From the NCBI GenBank assembly GCA_039714175.1, contig JBDLJV010000003.1, forward strand, positions 1 to 34,466: a DNA stretch of 34,466 bases. The letters are read 5' to 3'. The notes beneath the pieces are model-generated. The model worked only from the letters and a program-made list of their open reading frames with translations. It made no database searches and was not told the DNA's origin. Below, one piece after another: positions 16,175-26,306 of this stretch. A program made the translations under genes and the position numbers. The first letter of the stretch is position 1. Each line of letters starts with the position of its first letter. The stretch comes from Actinomycetota bacterium (GTDB lineage: Bacteria; Actinomycetota; Acidimicrobiia; Spongiisociales; UBA5794).

Positions 16175-18004
16175 ATGAGCAAATCCTGCGCAACGAGTGA
16201 GGTAGCCATCATCGAGTCAACCACGGCCCCCGGTAGTGTGTCCGTATCGCTCAACGACAATGTCGTGTCTGCCCTGCTGACACGCGCTGAGGCTGCACCG
16301 GATCACGCAGCTCTCGGATACCGGGTTGACACCGCTTTCCTGACCACGGACACCGCCCAGTTCGCGCGAGAGGTGAAGGAGATGGCAGCGGGGATCATCG
16401 CTCTTGGGCTCGACCCAGGGACACGAATCGCGCTGTTCTCCGCCACGCGACCTGAGTTCACGTTGATCGACTACGCGATCTGGGCGGCTGGTTGCGCCAC
16501 AGTTACCATCTACGAAACTTCTTCGGCGGAGCAAGCCGAGTGGATCATCGATGACTCGGACGCAGAAGTGGTCTTCTGCGAGACCCCCGCACACCAGAGC
16601 ATCCTCAGTTCGATGGCCAGCCGCCTGCCACAGTGCGGGACACCGTACGTGATCGACGATGGCGCTATCGATGAGGTGAAGGCTCTGGCAACACAGGAGA
16701 CACGTGCAGAAGTCGATCTGCGGATCCGTGCCATTTCGCACGATGATCTTGCGACGCTCGTCTATACCTCTGGAACGACCGGAAAGCCGAAAGGCTGCAT
16801 CCTGACCCATGGCAATCTGATCTGGGAGTCCCGGCAACTGGCGGCGATGGCGCCTGAGGTGATCAATGATGGTCACCATCAGTTGATGTTCCTGCCCCTT
16901 GCGCACATCTGGGCGCGCCTCGTCCAGGTGGTCTGTATCACGAACGGGGTCACGATCTACTACTCAACAGGGATCCCCCGCCTCGTCGAGGAACTCTTGA
17001 TCGTGCAGCCGACATGGATCTTCAGCGTGCCTCGGGTCTTCGAGAAGATCTACAACACGGCCAAGCAGAGGGCTGACGCTGACGGTAAGGGCGCCATCTT
17101 TGATCACGCCACCAACGTCGCCATCAACTACTCGGTTTCCCTTGACGCTGGCGGTCCCGGCCTGTGGATTCGACTTCAGCATTCGGTGTTTGACCGGTTG
17201 GTGTATGCAAAACTCCGCGCTGCGTTTGGCGGTGACTTGAAGTACGCGTTCTCAGGAGGAGCACCTCTGGGGGCCCGACTCGGCCACTTCTTCCGCGGGA
17301 TCGGCCTATCTGTCCTGGAGGGATACGGACTGACGGAAACAACGGCTGGAACATCACAGAACGCGCCTGGCGAGTTGCGAATCGGCTCAGTCGGTAGACC
17401 GTTCCCGGGAACATCGATCAGGATCGCTGATGACGGCGAAATCATGATCCGTGGCGGACAGATCTTCTCCGGCTACTGGGAGAACGATGCAGCCACCCAG
17501 CAATCCGTCGATGCCGACGGGTGGTTCCACTCAGGCGATCTCGGTGAGATCGACAATGACGGGTACCTGTGGATCACCGGACGAAAGAAAGAGATCATTG
17601 TCACTGCCGGTGGCAAGAACGTTGCACCAGCAATCCTCGAGGACCGAATTCGCGCGCACCCACTCGTCAGCCAGGTGGTTGTCGTCGGGGACGGAATGCC
17701 ATTCATAGCTGCCCTCGTTGCGGTCGATACGCAGTATCTGCCCGAATGGGCGGCGGCGAACCGCAAGGCGAACAGTGATCTCGAGGATCTGATCGACGAC
17801 ACCGACCTCAACAAGGAGCTCCAACTGGCAATCGATGAGGCCAACAGCGCCGTATCAAGAGCCGAAGCCGTTCGGGCCTACAGGATCCTCCCGAGAGATC
17901 TGACCGTGGAGAACGGTGAGCTGACGCCCACATTCAAAGTACGCCGGGCAGTAGTGACCAATCGATATGAAGCCGTGATCGCTGACATCTACACACCGAG
18001 CTGA
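16175..18004 (+). CDS. fadD: long-chain fatty acid--CoA ligase (AMP-dependent synthetase)
   Basis: YTSGTTGKPKG, FLPLAH, EGYGLTET, GWFHSGDLG, ITGRKKEIIVTAGGKNVAP, LTPTFKVRR; start uncertain. Confidence 0.92.
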   Translation: MSKSCATSEVAIIESTTAPGSVSVSLNDNVVSALLTRAEAAPDHAALGYRVDTAFLTTDTAQFAREVKEMAAGIIALGLDPGTRIALFSATRPEFTLIDYAIWAAGCATVTIYETSSAEQAEWIIDDSDAEVVFCETPAHQSILSSMASRLPQCGTPYVIDDGAIDEVKALATQETRAEVDLRIRAISHDDLATLVYTSGTTGKPKGCILTHGNLIWESRQLAAMAPEVINDGHHQLMFLPLAHIWARLVQVVCITNGVTIYYSTGIPRLVEELLIVQPTWIFSVPRVFEKIYNTAKQRADADGKGAIFDHATNVAINYSVSLDAGGPGLWIRLQHSVFDRLVYAKLRAAFGGDLKYAFSGGAPLGARLGHFFRGIGLSVLEGYGLTETTAGTSQNAPGELRIGSVGRPFPGTSIRIADDGEIMIRGGQIFSGYWENDAATQQSVDADGWFHSGDLGEIDNDGYLWITGRKKEIIVTAGGKNVAPAILEDRIRAHPLVSQVVVVGDGMPFIAALVAVDTQYLPEWAAANRKANSDLEDLIDDTDLNKELQLAIDEANSAVSRAEAVRAYRILPRDLTVENGELTPTFKVRRAVVTNRYEAVIADIYTPS

Positions 18005-18070
18005 ACCGGTACAACCCGATCCGGCCTTCGGATTCTGAGTCCGATGCCTCCGACCCGGTACAGTGCGAGC

Positions 18071-19018
18071 GTGAATACGGCTGACCGCATCCATCTCGCC
18101 CGGCTCCCCACACCGCTCGATCATGCCGACAGGCTCTCTGATGCATGGGACGCCGACATCTGGATCAAACGTGACGACCTGACAGGGTTCGGCCTGTCAG
18201 GAAACAAGGTGCGCAAACTCGAGTACCACCTGAAGGCAGCCCTCGACGCGGGAGCTACGACGGTTCTCACATGCGGTGCAACGCAGTCAAACCACTCACG
18301 CGCCACGGCGCTGGCGGCCGCCAGGCTGGGACTGCGCACCGTCCTCTATCTACGTACACCGGACGGCCGGCCACCGGAGGAGGTGTGGGGGAATCACCTG
18401 CTCCAGCGCCTCGCGGGGGCCGAGTGCCGCTTCATCACACCTGAGGAGTACGACGAACGGGACTCGATCATGGAGACCGCCGCCAACGAGATCGGCAGTG
18501 CGTGGGTCATCCCCGAAGGTGCTTCTGATGTGCTCGGTGCGAGAGGTTTCGTGAACGCTGCCCACGAGCTCGCAGCACAGGTGGAGCACTTCGACGGACC
18601 CTTCACGTTGTGGCACCCCTCCATGTCTGCTGGGACGACAGCCGGCCTCATTCGCGGGGCGAGCGACACAAACCTCGATGTCGACATCGTTGGGTGCGCG
18701 GTCGGTGACTCCGCTGAAGGAATCGCCGATCGTGTTCGCTCGATCCTCGGCGAAGACATGCCAGACGTGCGTTGGCGGATTGACGACAGCCACATCGGCG
18801 GCGGGTACGGCGTGATCTCCAACGATGAGATGGAAACCCAAGCCGAAGCGACCCGACTCACCGGCCTGCTGTTCGATCCCACCTACACCGGCAAGGCCCT
18901 GTACGGCCTCTACCGGGAGATACAGAGCGGGTCACTCGGGCCCGACGACACGGTCATCTTCTGGCACACCGGAGGCGGGTTCGCCACCTTTGCCTATGAC
19001 TGGTCCCTGTTCGTCTAG
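18071..19018 (+). CDS. D-cysteine desulfhydrase / ACC deaminase family PLP enzyme
   Basis: KRDDLTG...GNKVRKLEY, QSNH, DPTYTGKA, FWHTGG. Confidence 0.92.
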   Translation: MNTADRIHLARLPTPLDHADRLSDAWDADIWIKRDDLTGFGLSGNKVRKLEYHLKAALDAGATTVLTCGATQSNHSRATALAAARLGLRTVLYLRTPDGRPPEEVWGNHLLQRLAGAECRFITPEEYDERDSIMETAANEIGSAWVIPEGASDVLGARGFVNAAHELAAQVEHFDGPFTLWHPSMSAGTTAGLIRGASDTNLDVDIVGCAVGDSAEGIADRVRSILGEDMPDVRWRIDDSHIGGGYGVISNDEMETQAEATRLTGLLFDPTYTGKALYGLYREIQSGSLGPDDTVIFWHTGGGFATFAYDWSLFV

Positions 19019-19135
19019 AGACCTGAACATGGCGAGTATCCGCCAGCTCTACCATGGGCTTGCCGAACCAGAACAAGCATGTTCCGTTCCTTCGGAGCCA
19101 CCCGGCGGAACGCGACCGCGTCGATAGGAGACCAG

Positions 19136-20164
19136 ATGTACAGCGCAGCAAACGATCGATACGACTCGATGCCGTACGCCAGATGTGGACGCAGCGGGCT
19201 CGACCTCCCGAGGATCGCTCTGGGTCTGTGGCAGAACTTCGGCAGTCAGGCACCGCTCGAGGCTGCGCGGGACATGGTCCTGCGGTCCTTCGATCGAGGG
19301 ATCACCCACTTCGATCTCGCGAACAACTATGGGCCGGAGTACGGGACCGCTGAGGAGAACTTCGGTCGGATCATGGCATCAGATCTTGCGCCGTACCGTG
19401 ACGAACTGGTCATCTCCACCAAGGCGGGATACGACATGTGGCCCGGCCCATACGGCCAGGGTGGCGGAGGACGCAAGTACATGCTTGCGAGCCTTGATCA
19501 GAGTCTCGAACGGATGGGCCTCGACTATGTGGACATCTTCTATTCGCATCGCTTCGATCCCACGACGCCGCTCGAAGAGACGATGGGTGCCCTTACGAGT
19601 GCCGTCCAACAGGGCAAGGCGCTCTACGTCGGCGTCTCGTCCTACGGCGCAGCGAAGACCAGGGAGGCTGCAGCGATACTGCGCTCATCGCGGACACCTG
19701 CGCTCATCCACCAGCCGTCGTACTCGATGCTCAACCGGTGGATCGAGGACGACCTTCTCGATACAACAGAGGACGAAGGAATGGGCGTGATCGCGTTCTC
19801 ACCGCTGGCTCAGGGCATGCTCACCGACAAGTACCTCAAGGGAGTTCCCGAGGGATCAAGAGCATCAGAGGACGATTCATTGAGTTCCGGGTTCCTCACC
19901 GAGGAGAACCTCACGAGGATCAACGCGTTGAACGAGATCGCTGCCGGCAGGGGTCAAACCCTCGCCCAGATGGCCATTGCATGGGTGCTCCGTGACCCCA
20001 GGGTGACAACTGCTCTCATCGGCGCGAGTCGGTGGACCCAGATCAACGACAGCCTTGGCGCCCTCGACAATCTCGACTTCAGTGATAGCGAACTGGCGGA
20101 GATCGACCGGTTCGCAGTCGAGGGTGGCATCGACCTCTGGGAAACGTCAAGCAGCCAGGACTGA
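19136..20164 (+). CDS. mgrA: aldo/keto reductase, L-glyceraldehyde 3-phosphate reductase type
   Basis: LGLWQNFG, THFDLANNYGP, STKAGYDMWPGPYG, IHQPSYSMLNRW, FSPLAQG; RBS AGGAG. Confidence 0.9.
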   Translation: MYSAANDRYDSMPYARCGRSGLDLPRIALGLWQNFGSQAPLEAARDMVLRSFDRGITHFDLANNYGPEYGTAEENFGRIMASDLAPYRDELVISTKAGYDMWPGPYGQGGGGRKYMLASLDQSLERMGLDYVDIFYSHRFDPTTPLEETMGALTSAVQQGKALYVGVSSYGAAKTREAAAILRSSRTPALIHQPSYSMLNRWIEDDLLDTTEDEGMGVIAFSPLAQGMLTDKYLKGVPEGSRASEDDSLSSGFLTEENLTRINALNEIAAGRGQTLAQMAIAWVLRDPRVTTALIGASRWTQINDSLGALDNLDFSDSELAEIDRFAVEGGIDLWETSSSQD

Positions 20165-20292
20165 GCCGAAACACTGAGGTGACTTGCCAACGACAGTCGG
20201 CTGGACGGCCGCTCGGCGAAGCAGCCACGGCAAGTGACAGGGCACCTCGGACTTCCTGACGTGTCCGCGCCGTCCCGACAACTCGGTAGCCC

Positions 20293-21420
20293 TCAGACTG
20301 GCCGGGTCGCTCTCTTCTCCATCAGGTGGTTGACGATGTGCTGCACGTCGGGCTGCACCCCCGTGATTGTTTCGGACCACATCGAGTGAAGGAAAAAGAG
20401 TCCGACGAAGTAGAAGCCGGGGACATCAGGCACAACACCGCGCTTGTGATCCGGTAGGTGATGTTCATCGAAGACGGGGAGTTCGATCCAGTCGAAGCCC
20501 GGACGAAACCCGGTGCACCAGATCACGTTGGATACGTCGAGTGGAGGTTCGTTACTCACCACAGGCTTGCCGTTCTCGACACCGACGACTCGATCCACCC
20601 GGGCCACTCCTGCTGCGGACAGCTCCTTGGGGCGCACTCGAACGAGTGGCGGACCCTGCTTCATCAGCTTGGGCCGTGCTCGGCGGCCGATTGGCGTGGA
20701 CGTGTTGAGCACTCGGACCATCATGAACCTCACGAGCCGCGTGCCGAAGTTGCGTCCGAACCACCCTTCGAGATTGAACGGGATGCTCCCGGATTCGGTG
20801 CCGGACACAATCGTGTCGTGGGTCTGTGCGACATCGAGGGCGATGTCTGACCCGGAGTTACCCAACCCGACGACCAGAACGGGACCATCGCGAAGCTGCC
20901 CCGGGTTCTTGTACTCGGATGAGTGCATCTGAAGAATGCTTGGATCGAGATCATGTGCGAACAAGGGAAGCGCCGGCTTCTGGTAGTCAGCCATCGCAAC
21001 GATCACATTCCGCGCCGTGATTGTCGTGTCGTCCGTGTCAATGACGAAGCCATCGCCGTTCTGCCAAAGCCGATCCACCCGCGTGCCCAGACGAAGTGGC
21101 ATATCCATCTGAGTGGCGTACTCCTCGAGAAAGTTGGCGATCTGGTCCTTGGAGACGAAGGAGTTCTGATCGCCAGGAAACGCCATGCCCGGCAGTCCGT
21201 TCATGAACCCTTGGGTGAAGAGTCGCAACGAGTCCCACCGCTTGCGCCAAGCGTCACCGACGCGGGCATTCGCGTCGAGTATCACAAAGTCGATGCCACG
21301 CTGCTGGAGGGCGTACCCAGTGATCAGCCCCGCCTGGCCGCCCCCAACCACCACCGTATCGAATTGATTGCCAGACATCCTGCTCACCGCCGTCGCTCCT
21401 CCCGGCAGCTCAGACACCAT
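20293..21420 (-). CDS. flavin-containing monooxygenase (CzcO-like)
   Basis: GGGQAG, W..RWDSLRLFT, QMHSSEY, VGLGNSG, IWCTGF; start may be 21378. Confidence 0.9.
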   Translation of the reverse strand: MVSELPGGATAVSRMSGNQFDTVVVGGGQAGLITGYALQQRGIDFVILDANARVGDAWRKRWDSLRLFTQGFMNGLPGMAFPGDQNSFVSKDQIANFLEEYATQMDMPLRLGTRVDRLWQNGDGFVIDTDDTTITARNVIVAMADYQKPALPLFAHDLDPSILQMHSSEYKNPGQLRDGPVLVVGLGNSGSDIALDVAQTHDTIVSGTESGSIPFNLEGWFGRNFGTRLVRFMMVRVLNTSTPIGRRARPKLMKQGPPLVRVRPKELSAAGVARVDRVVGVENGKPVVSNEPPLDVSNVIWCTGFRPGFDWIELPVFDEHHLPDHKRGVVPDVPGFYFVGLFFLHSMWSETITGVQPDVQHIVNHLMEKRATRPV

Positions 21421-21430
21421 TCGGCTGCCT

Positions 21431-21473
21431 ATACTCCTAACGCTAGTAAACCATACGCTCGCGTTTGGAGTAT
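21431..21473. promoter_or_regulatory. inverted-repeat operator between FMO and PadR genes
   Basis: ATACTCCTAACGCTAG ... CTCGCGTTTGGAGTAT, arms match at 14/16. Confidence 0.65.
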
Positions 21474-22179
21474 GTCAACCGTGACGGATCTCGAGCATCG
21501 ACGTCTCACCACCACGTCCTATGCCCTACTGGGGCAACTCTCGCTGCGCCCGTGGTCAACCTATGAATTGGCCCAGCAGAAAGTGAGGTACTTCCGGTAC
21601 GTATGGCCGCGAGCAGAGAGCGCCATCTACCGCGAGGTGAAGCAACTCGCCGCCGACGGACTGATCGAGGGAACGCGGGAGCGCACCGGCATGCGCTCAA
21701 GGACCGTCTATTCGATCACAGATGCCGGCCTTGAGTCGCTCAGGGCGTGGCTGGACACGCCGGTGTCGCCTTTCGCCATGGAGTTCGAAGGCATGATCAG
21801 GCTTTTCGTCGCCCAGATCGGCACGACAGACCAGATCGTTACCGCCATCGAACAAGTCCAGAACGACGCCCGGCAGATGCTTGGGTTCGGAGGAGAAGTG
21901 AAGCTCGAGTATCTCGAAGGGCGCGGAGCACTCCAGGACCAGGTGTACATCCGAGCCCATGCCATCGACTTCTTTGTCAGCCTTCTCAACATGGTCGACG
22001 ACTGGACAATACGAACGTTGGACGAGGTGCGCGATTGGGAGACACGTTCGATCGAAGAGAAGAACGAGCGAGCCCTCCAGCTTCTCGCAGAGGTTCCCGC
22101 ACCAACACCGGACAACGCCAGTGGTGAGACACCTGTTGCCCCACTGACCCAGTCACGTCGAAGAGATAGAACCGGCTGA
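21472..22179 (+). CDS. PadR family transcriptional regulator
   Basis: LTTTSYALLGQL..RPWSTYEL, WPRAESAIYREVKQL, RTVYSITDAG...LRAWL. The ORF-track extension to 20923 is antisense to the FMO gene. Confidence 0.9.
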   Translation: MSTVTDLEHRRLTTTSYALLGQLSLRPWSTYELAQQKVRYFRYVWPRAESAIYREVKQLAADGLIEGTRERTGMRSRTVYSITDAGLESLRAWLDTPVSPFAMEFEGMIRLFVAQIGTTDQIVTAIEQVQNDARQMLGFGGEVKLEYLEGRGALQDQVYIRAHAIDFFVSLLNMVDDWTIRTLDEVRDWETRSIEEKNERALQLLAEVPAPTPDNASGETPVAPLTQSRRRDRTG

Positions 22180-22281
22180 CGTCGGAGCCATGGGCGGTGT
22201 CCGCACATGCCAACGGGCGCAAGATCGGTGGGCGCAGATCTGACTGCGCGTCGCCAAGACGCTGGGGTTGCAATCCAGCGT

Positions 22282-23994
22282 TCAGAAGAGAGACATCAGC
22301 TCCCATACTCGTGTGACAACGAACACCAGGACGACGATGCCAGCGAGATCCAGGATGATTCCCTTGCGGAAGATCTCGCCGGCTGTGTACAGCCGCGTCG
22401 CGTAGGCGATCATCGTCGGAGGAGTCCCGACTACCAGCGCGAAGTCGATCGACGACGCTATCGCCACGATCACGACGAGTTCCGTTGCGTTCACACCGAG
22501 GACGCCGGCGAGAGGCAGCGCCAGCGGGATCAGAATCGCCGCTGATGCCGTATTCGATGCAACCGTCGTCAGCAGCAGCGTGATCATCGCCACGGCAAGT
22601 ACCGCTACTACGGCGGGGACGGCGACGAGGCCCGTCAGTTGTGTCGCCAGATAGTCCGACGTACCGCTCCGTACGAGGAACAGTCCCAGTGTCAGCCCAC
22701 CTCCGAACGTGAGCAGAGCTGGCCATGAGATCCGTCCGAGATCTTCGGGCAACAGTTGCCCGACAGCGAAGAGCGCCACGGCACCCGCGAGCGCCACGAT
22801 CCCGGGATGGATGCCGTGCAAGGTCTGGGTGAGCCACCCGACCACGACCACCACGAATACGGCAAGCACGATCACCTGGTCACGATTCGGTTGACCAAGT
22901 TGCCGACGCTCCTGCTCGGCTACCCGACACGTTTCGCTGAACCGCTCGGGATCGATGTGAACTCGACTGCGTTTCCACAGATACACACCCACGATCGGAA
23001 GGAGCACAACCACCACGGGAAGCCCGAAGGCGAACCATTCGACAAACGAGATCGACTGCTCACCGAAACCTTCAAGAAACTCGATGGCGAGCTGATTGGC
23101 TGGCGTGCCGATAGCGCTTCCGATGCCACCAATGGTCGCTGCATACGCAATGCCGAGCACGAGTACCTTGCGGAACGATTCATCATCGAGTGGATCTGTG
23201 ACTGCGACCGCGATCGGAACCAGCAGGGCAGCTGCTGCGGTGTTGGACATGAACATCGATGCGACGGCAGTTACGACGAGCATCGCTCCGAACAGCGAAA
23301 CCGGGCTCCTACCGGAATGGGCCGTGATCGATACAGCCGCGTAGTGTCCGAGGCCTGACCGCTGCATCGCCTCGGCCATGAGGAACCCGGCGAAGAAGAG
23401 AACGATGATCGGGTTGAAGAAGGGGGCAACAGCATCGTTAGCTTCGGCAACACCACCGAAGACCAGAACGACCGGGATCAGCAACGACGTGACAAAGAGC
23501 GGGAAGGCCTCTGCCACCCACAACACGACAACAAAGCCAAGCAAACCAAGCACCAGAGCTGAGTCCTGGGGCGGGCGTCGTAGTGCATCAAGGTGTCCCT
23601 CCGCGTCGTTCCACCGAGAGACCGGAATCAACTCGTCACGACCATCCGGTAGCTCTACGCGCAGCACGACTTGGGCGAGAGCTGGCTGAACACGCTCACC
23701 GTCCTTGGTCACCGAGATGGTTGCCCTTAGCGGGCCGTCAACCGGAAGGCCCTCGTCGTAGGTGAGCACAACCTCGACATCCCCCGATCCGTTACCGACA
23801 AAGGACACCGACTCTGTGGAGCCGACAGTCACCGGAGCCTCGACGACGGGCTCGCCCTGGTAGTCGAGAGTCGTGGCTCCCTCGCCGGGCTGCCAATCCT
23901 CAGGGGCAAGAAGCGACAGGACCACACCCGCAATCACAGCGAGGACGACGTATGCGAGACGTCTCAGAGTTAGCGGTCGATCGTCACGACTCAC
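22282..23994 (-). CDS. SLC13/DASS family anion symporter
   Basis: LWVAEAFP, SMFMSNTA, IGTPAN, ASNTAS, VGTPP motifs; RBS GGAGG. Confidence 0.92.
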   Translation of the reverse strand: MSRDDRPLTLRRLAYVVLAVIAGVVLSLLAPEDWQPGEGATTLDYQGEPVVEAPVTVGSTESVSFVGNGSGDVEVVLTYDEGLPVDGPLRATISVTKDGERVQPALAQVVLRVELPDGRDELIPVSRWNDAEGHLDALRRPPQDSALVLGLLGFVVVLWVAEAFPLFVTSLLIPVVLVFGGVAEANDAVAPFFNPIIVLFFAGFLMAEAMQRSGLGHYAAVSITAHSGRSPVSLFGAMLVVTAVASMFMSNTAAAALLVPIAVAVTDPLDDESFRKVLVLGIAYAATIGGIGSAIGTPANQLAIEFLEGFGEQSISFVEWFAFGLPVVVVLLPIVGVYLWKRSRVHIDPERFSETCRVAEQERRQLGQPNRDQVIVLAVFVVVVVGWLTQTLHGIHPGIVALAGAVALFAVGQLLPEDLGRISWPALLTFGGGLTLGLFLVRSGTSDYLATQLTGLVAVPAVVAVLAVAMITLLLTTVASNTASAAILIPLALPLAGVLGVNATELVVIVAIASSIDFALVVGTPPTMIAYATRLYTAGEIFRKGIILDLAGIVVLVFVVTRVWELMSLF

Positions 23995-24322
23995 GTGCTA
24001 CCTCCGGTAGTCATCAACCAAATTGTCTCACAGCTATGCGCAACCCATCGGGTCGCGTTGAGCCGATCGAACCGGCGGTCCAGCATTCGAGGTGGCCCTG
24101 GTACGAGTAGGAGCGTCACTGGAGCTCTTCGTGGCGCGCGACATCACAGTCGTGGCGTGTGCAGCACTTGAACCTGCGATCGTCGGGTCATGAGACCGAT
24201 TACTTGTGACCAACCGACAGAAGAGGGGATCGGCGCTCCACCATATTGAAGTGGGCCTGACGCTGTGGATCGTTCCCATCGCACGTAGTAGTACCTGCGA
24301 GCCAGCAACGCACCGCATCGCT

Positions 24323-25522
24323 CTACGTGAGGACAGCTTCGATCTGCTCGAGTGCCCAGTTCACTTGGTCCTTGGTGATCACGAGCGGCGGAGCAATACG
24401 GATCGTCGAGCCGTGGGTGTCCTTGACGAGAACGCCGCGATCCTTGAGCGCGTTCACAACCGGTTTGGCGCCGCCAGCGTCCTGCTTCAACTCGATCGCG
24501 AGCATGAGACCGCGGCCGCGAACCTCCTTGACCCGATCCGATCGGATGGAGCGAAGCTGCTGCAGGAAGTACTCACCCAAGCGTTCCGAGTTCTCAATCA
24601 TTCCCTCCTCCACGAGAACGCGAAGGGCCATCCGTGCAGTTGCGGCTGCAAGTGGATTACCGCCGAACGTACTTCCGTGCTCCCCCGGCTTGAGGACACC
24701 GAGGACCGCTTCGTTCGACAGGACGGCCGAGACCGGATAGAACCCTCCGGCCAGGGCTTTACCAATGAGAGTGACGTCAGCCTCGATGCCTTCGTGCTCT
24801 TCGGCGAGGAGGCGTCCGGTACGACCGAGACCGGTCTGGATCTCGTCGAGGATGAGTGTGATGTCGTGCTCGGTACACAGCTCGCGCACTCGCGGGAAGT
24901 ACCCGGGCGGCGGGATCTTCACCCCGGCTTCACCCTGGATAGGTTCAACGAGGAAGGCGACGGTGCGGGGCGTGATCGCAGCCTCAAAGGCCTCAGCGTC
25001 ACCGAATGGGACGACCTTGAAGCCGGGTGTGAACGGCCCGAACCCCTGACGGGCCATCGGATCTGTGCTGAAGCTGACAATCGAGATTGTTCGGCCGTGG
25101 AAGTTGTCGGCGCACACGATGATCTCGGCCTCGTCCTCCGGTATGCCCCGCTCCTCGTATCCCCATTTCCTCACGGCCTTGATCGCCGATTCGACGGCCT
25201 CGGCGCCACTGTTCATGGGGAGGATCCGGTGCGAACCGGTGAGTGCAGCCAACTCCTCATACAAGAGAGCGAGCTGATCGTTCCGAAATGCCCTAGAGGT
25301 CAGGGTGAGGCGACTTGCTTGCTCGGTCATCGTCTCCAGAATCCGGGGATGGCAGTGGCCTTGATTGACCGCCGAGTATGCGGAGAGGCAATCGAGATAC
25401 CGGGTGTCGTCGACATCCCAAACCCACACCCCCTCGCCACGCGTGAGCACCACGTCGAGCGGTTCGTAGTTGTGGGCCCCGAGGAGCCGTTCGCTGGCGA
25501 TGAGGTCCGAGGCAGTAACCAT
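24323..25522 (-). CDS. rocD: ornithine--oxo-acid aminotransferase
   Basis: [57 protein letters not shown]. Confidence 0.93.
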   Translation of the reverse strand: MVTASDLIASERLLGAHNYEPLDVVLTRGEGVWVWDVDDTRYLDCLSAYSAVNQGHCHPRILETMTEQASRLTLTSRAFRNDQLALLYEELAALTGSHRILPMNSGAEAVESAIKAVRKWGYEERGIPEDEAEIIVCADNFHGRTISIVSFSTDPMARQGFGPFTPGFKVVPFGDAEAFEAAITPRTVAFLVEPIQGEAGVKIPPPGYFPRVRELCTEHDITLILDEIQTGLGRTGRLLAEEHEGIEADVTLIGKALAGGFYPVSAVLSNEAVLGVLKPGEHGSTFGGNPLAAATARMALRVLVEEGMIENSERLGEYFLQQLRSIRSDRVKEVRGRGLMLAIELKQDAGGAKPVVNALKDRGVLVKDTHGSTIRIAPPLVITKDQVNWALEQIEAVLT

Positions 25523-25526
25523 ATTC

Positions 25527-26306
25527 CTAGAGCACCTTCGACACGAAGGCCTTGGTCCGTTCATGCTGCGGGTTCGAGAGAACTTCCTTGGGAGGCCCGG
25601 ACTCGATGATGACGCCTTCGTCCATGAGATACAGGGAGTCGGCAGCTTCTCGAGCGAAGCCCACTTCATGCGTCACGACGATCATCGTCATCCCATCGGC
25701 GGCGAGCTGTCTCATGACTTCGAGTACCTCCCCAACGAGTTCAGCGTCCAGTGCCGAAGTGGGTTCGTCGAAGAGCATCAGCTTCGGCTCCATCGCTAGC
25801 GCGCGAGCGATGGCAACCCTCTGCTGCTCGCCGCCGGACAGCTGCGCCGGGTAGGCACGGAGCTTGTCGCTGAGGCCGACGCGGGCCAGGAGCTCCTCAC
25901 CCTTCGCGCGGGCATCCGAGCTCTTGAGCTTCTTCACCTTGATCGGGGCGACCGTGACATTCTCCAGAGCGGTCCGATGGGGGAAGAGGTTGAACCGCTG
26001 AAAGACCATGCCGATATCGCGGCGCTGGCGGGAGGCATCTCGTGCGTGCATCTCGTGCAGCCGGCCGCCTCGTTCCTGATAGCCCACGAGTTCGCCATCG
26101 ACATAGAGACGACCCGCGTTGACCTGCTCAAGATGGTTGATGCACCGGAGGAACGTGGACTTGCCCGACCCGGAGGGTCCGATGATGCAGGCAACCTCCC
26201 CCGGCTCAACGGTCATGTTGATGCCTCGCAGGACTTCCAGCGCTCCGAACCGCTTCCAAACATCCTCAGCCTGTACGACCGGGGTTTGGTTTGGTAGATC
26301 GTTCAT
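25527..26306 (-). CDS. polar amino acid ABC transporter ATP-binding protein
   Basis: [44 protein letters not shown]. Confidence 0.95.
   Translation of the reverse strand: MNDLPNQTPVVQAEDVWKRFGALEVLRGINMTVEPGEVACIIGPSGSGKSTFLRCINHLEQVNAGRLYVDGELVGYQERGGRLHEMHARDASRQRRDIGMVFQRFNLFPHRTALENVTVAPIKVKKLKSSDARAKGEELLARVGLSDKLRAYPAQLSGGEQQRVAIARALAMEPKLMLFDEPTSALDAELVGEVLEVMRQLAADGMTMIVVTHEVGFAREAADSLYLMDEGVIIESGPPKEVLSNPQHERTKAFVSKVL

Noticed and set aside
20923-21471. Long N-terminal extension or fusion on PadR
   Set aside because: It overlaps the FMO gene on the opposite strand; PadR homology begins near 21472.
24000-24320. Small CDS between the DASS gene and rocD
   Set aside because: No RBS, motif or convincing composition in any frame; left unannotated.
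24206-25609. 467-aa plus-strand ORF
   Set aside because: Antisense shadow of rocD; no recognisable motifs.
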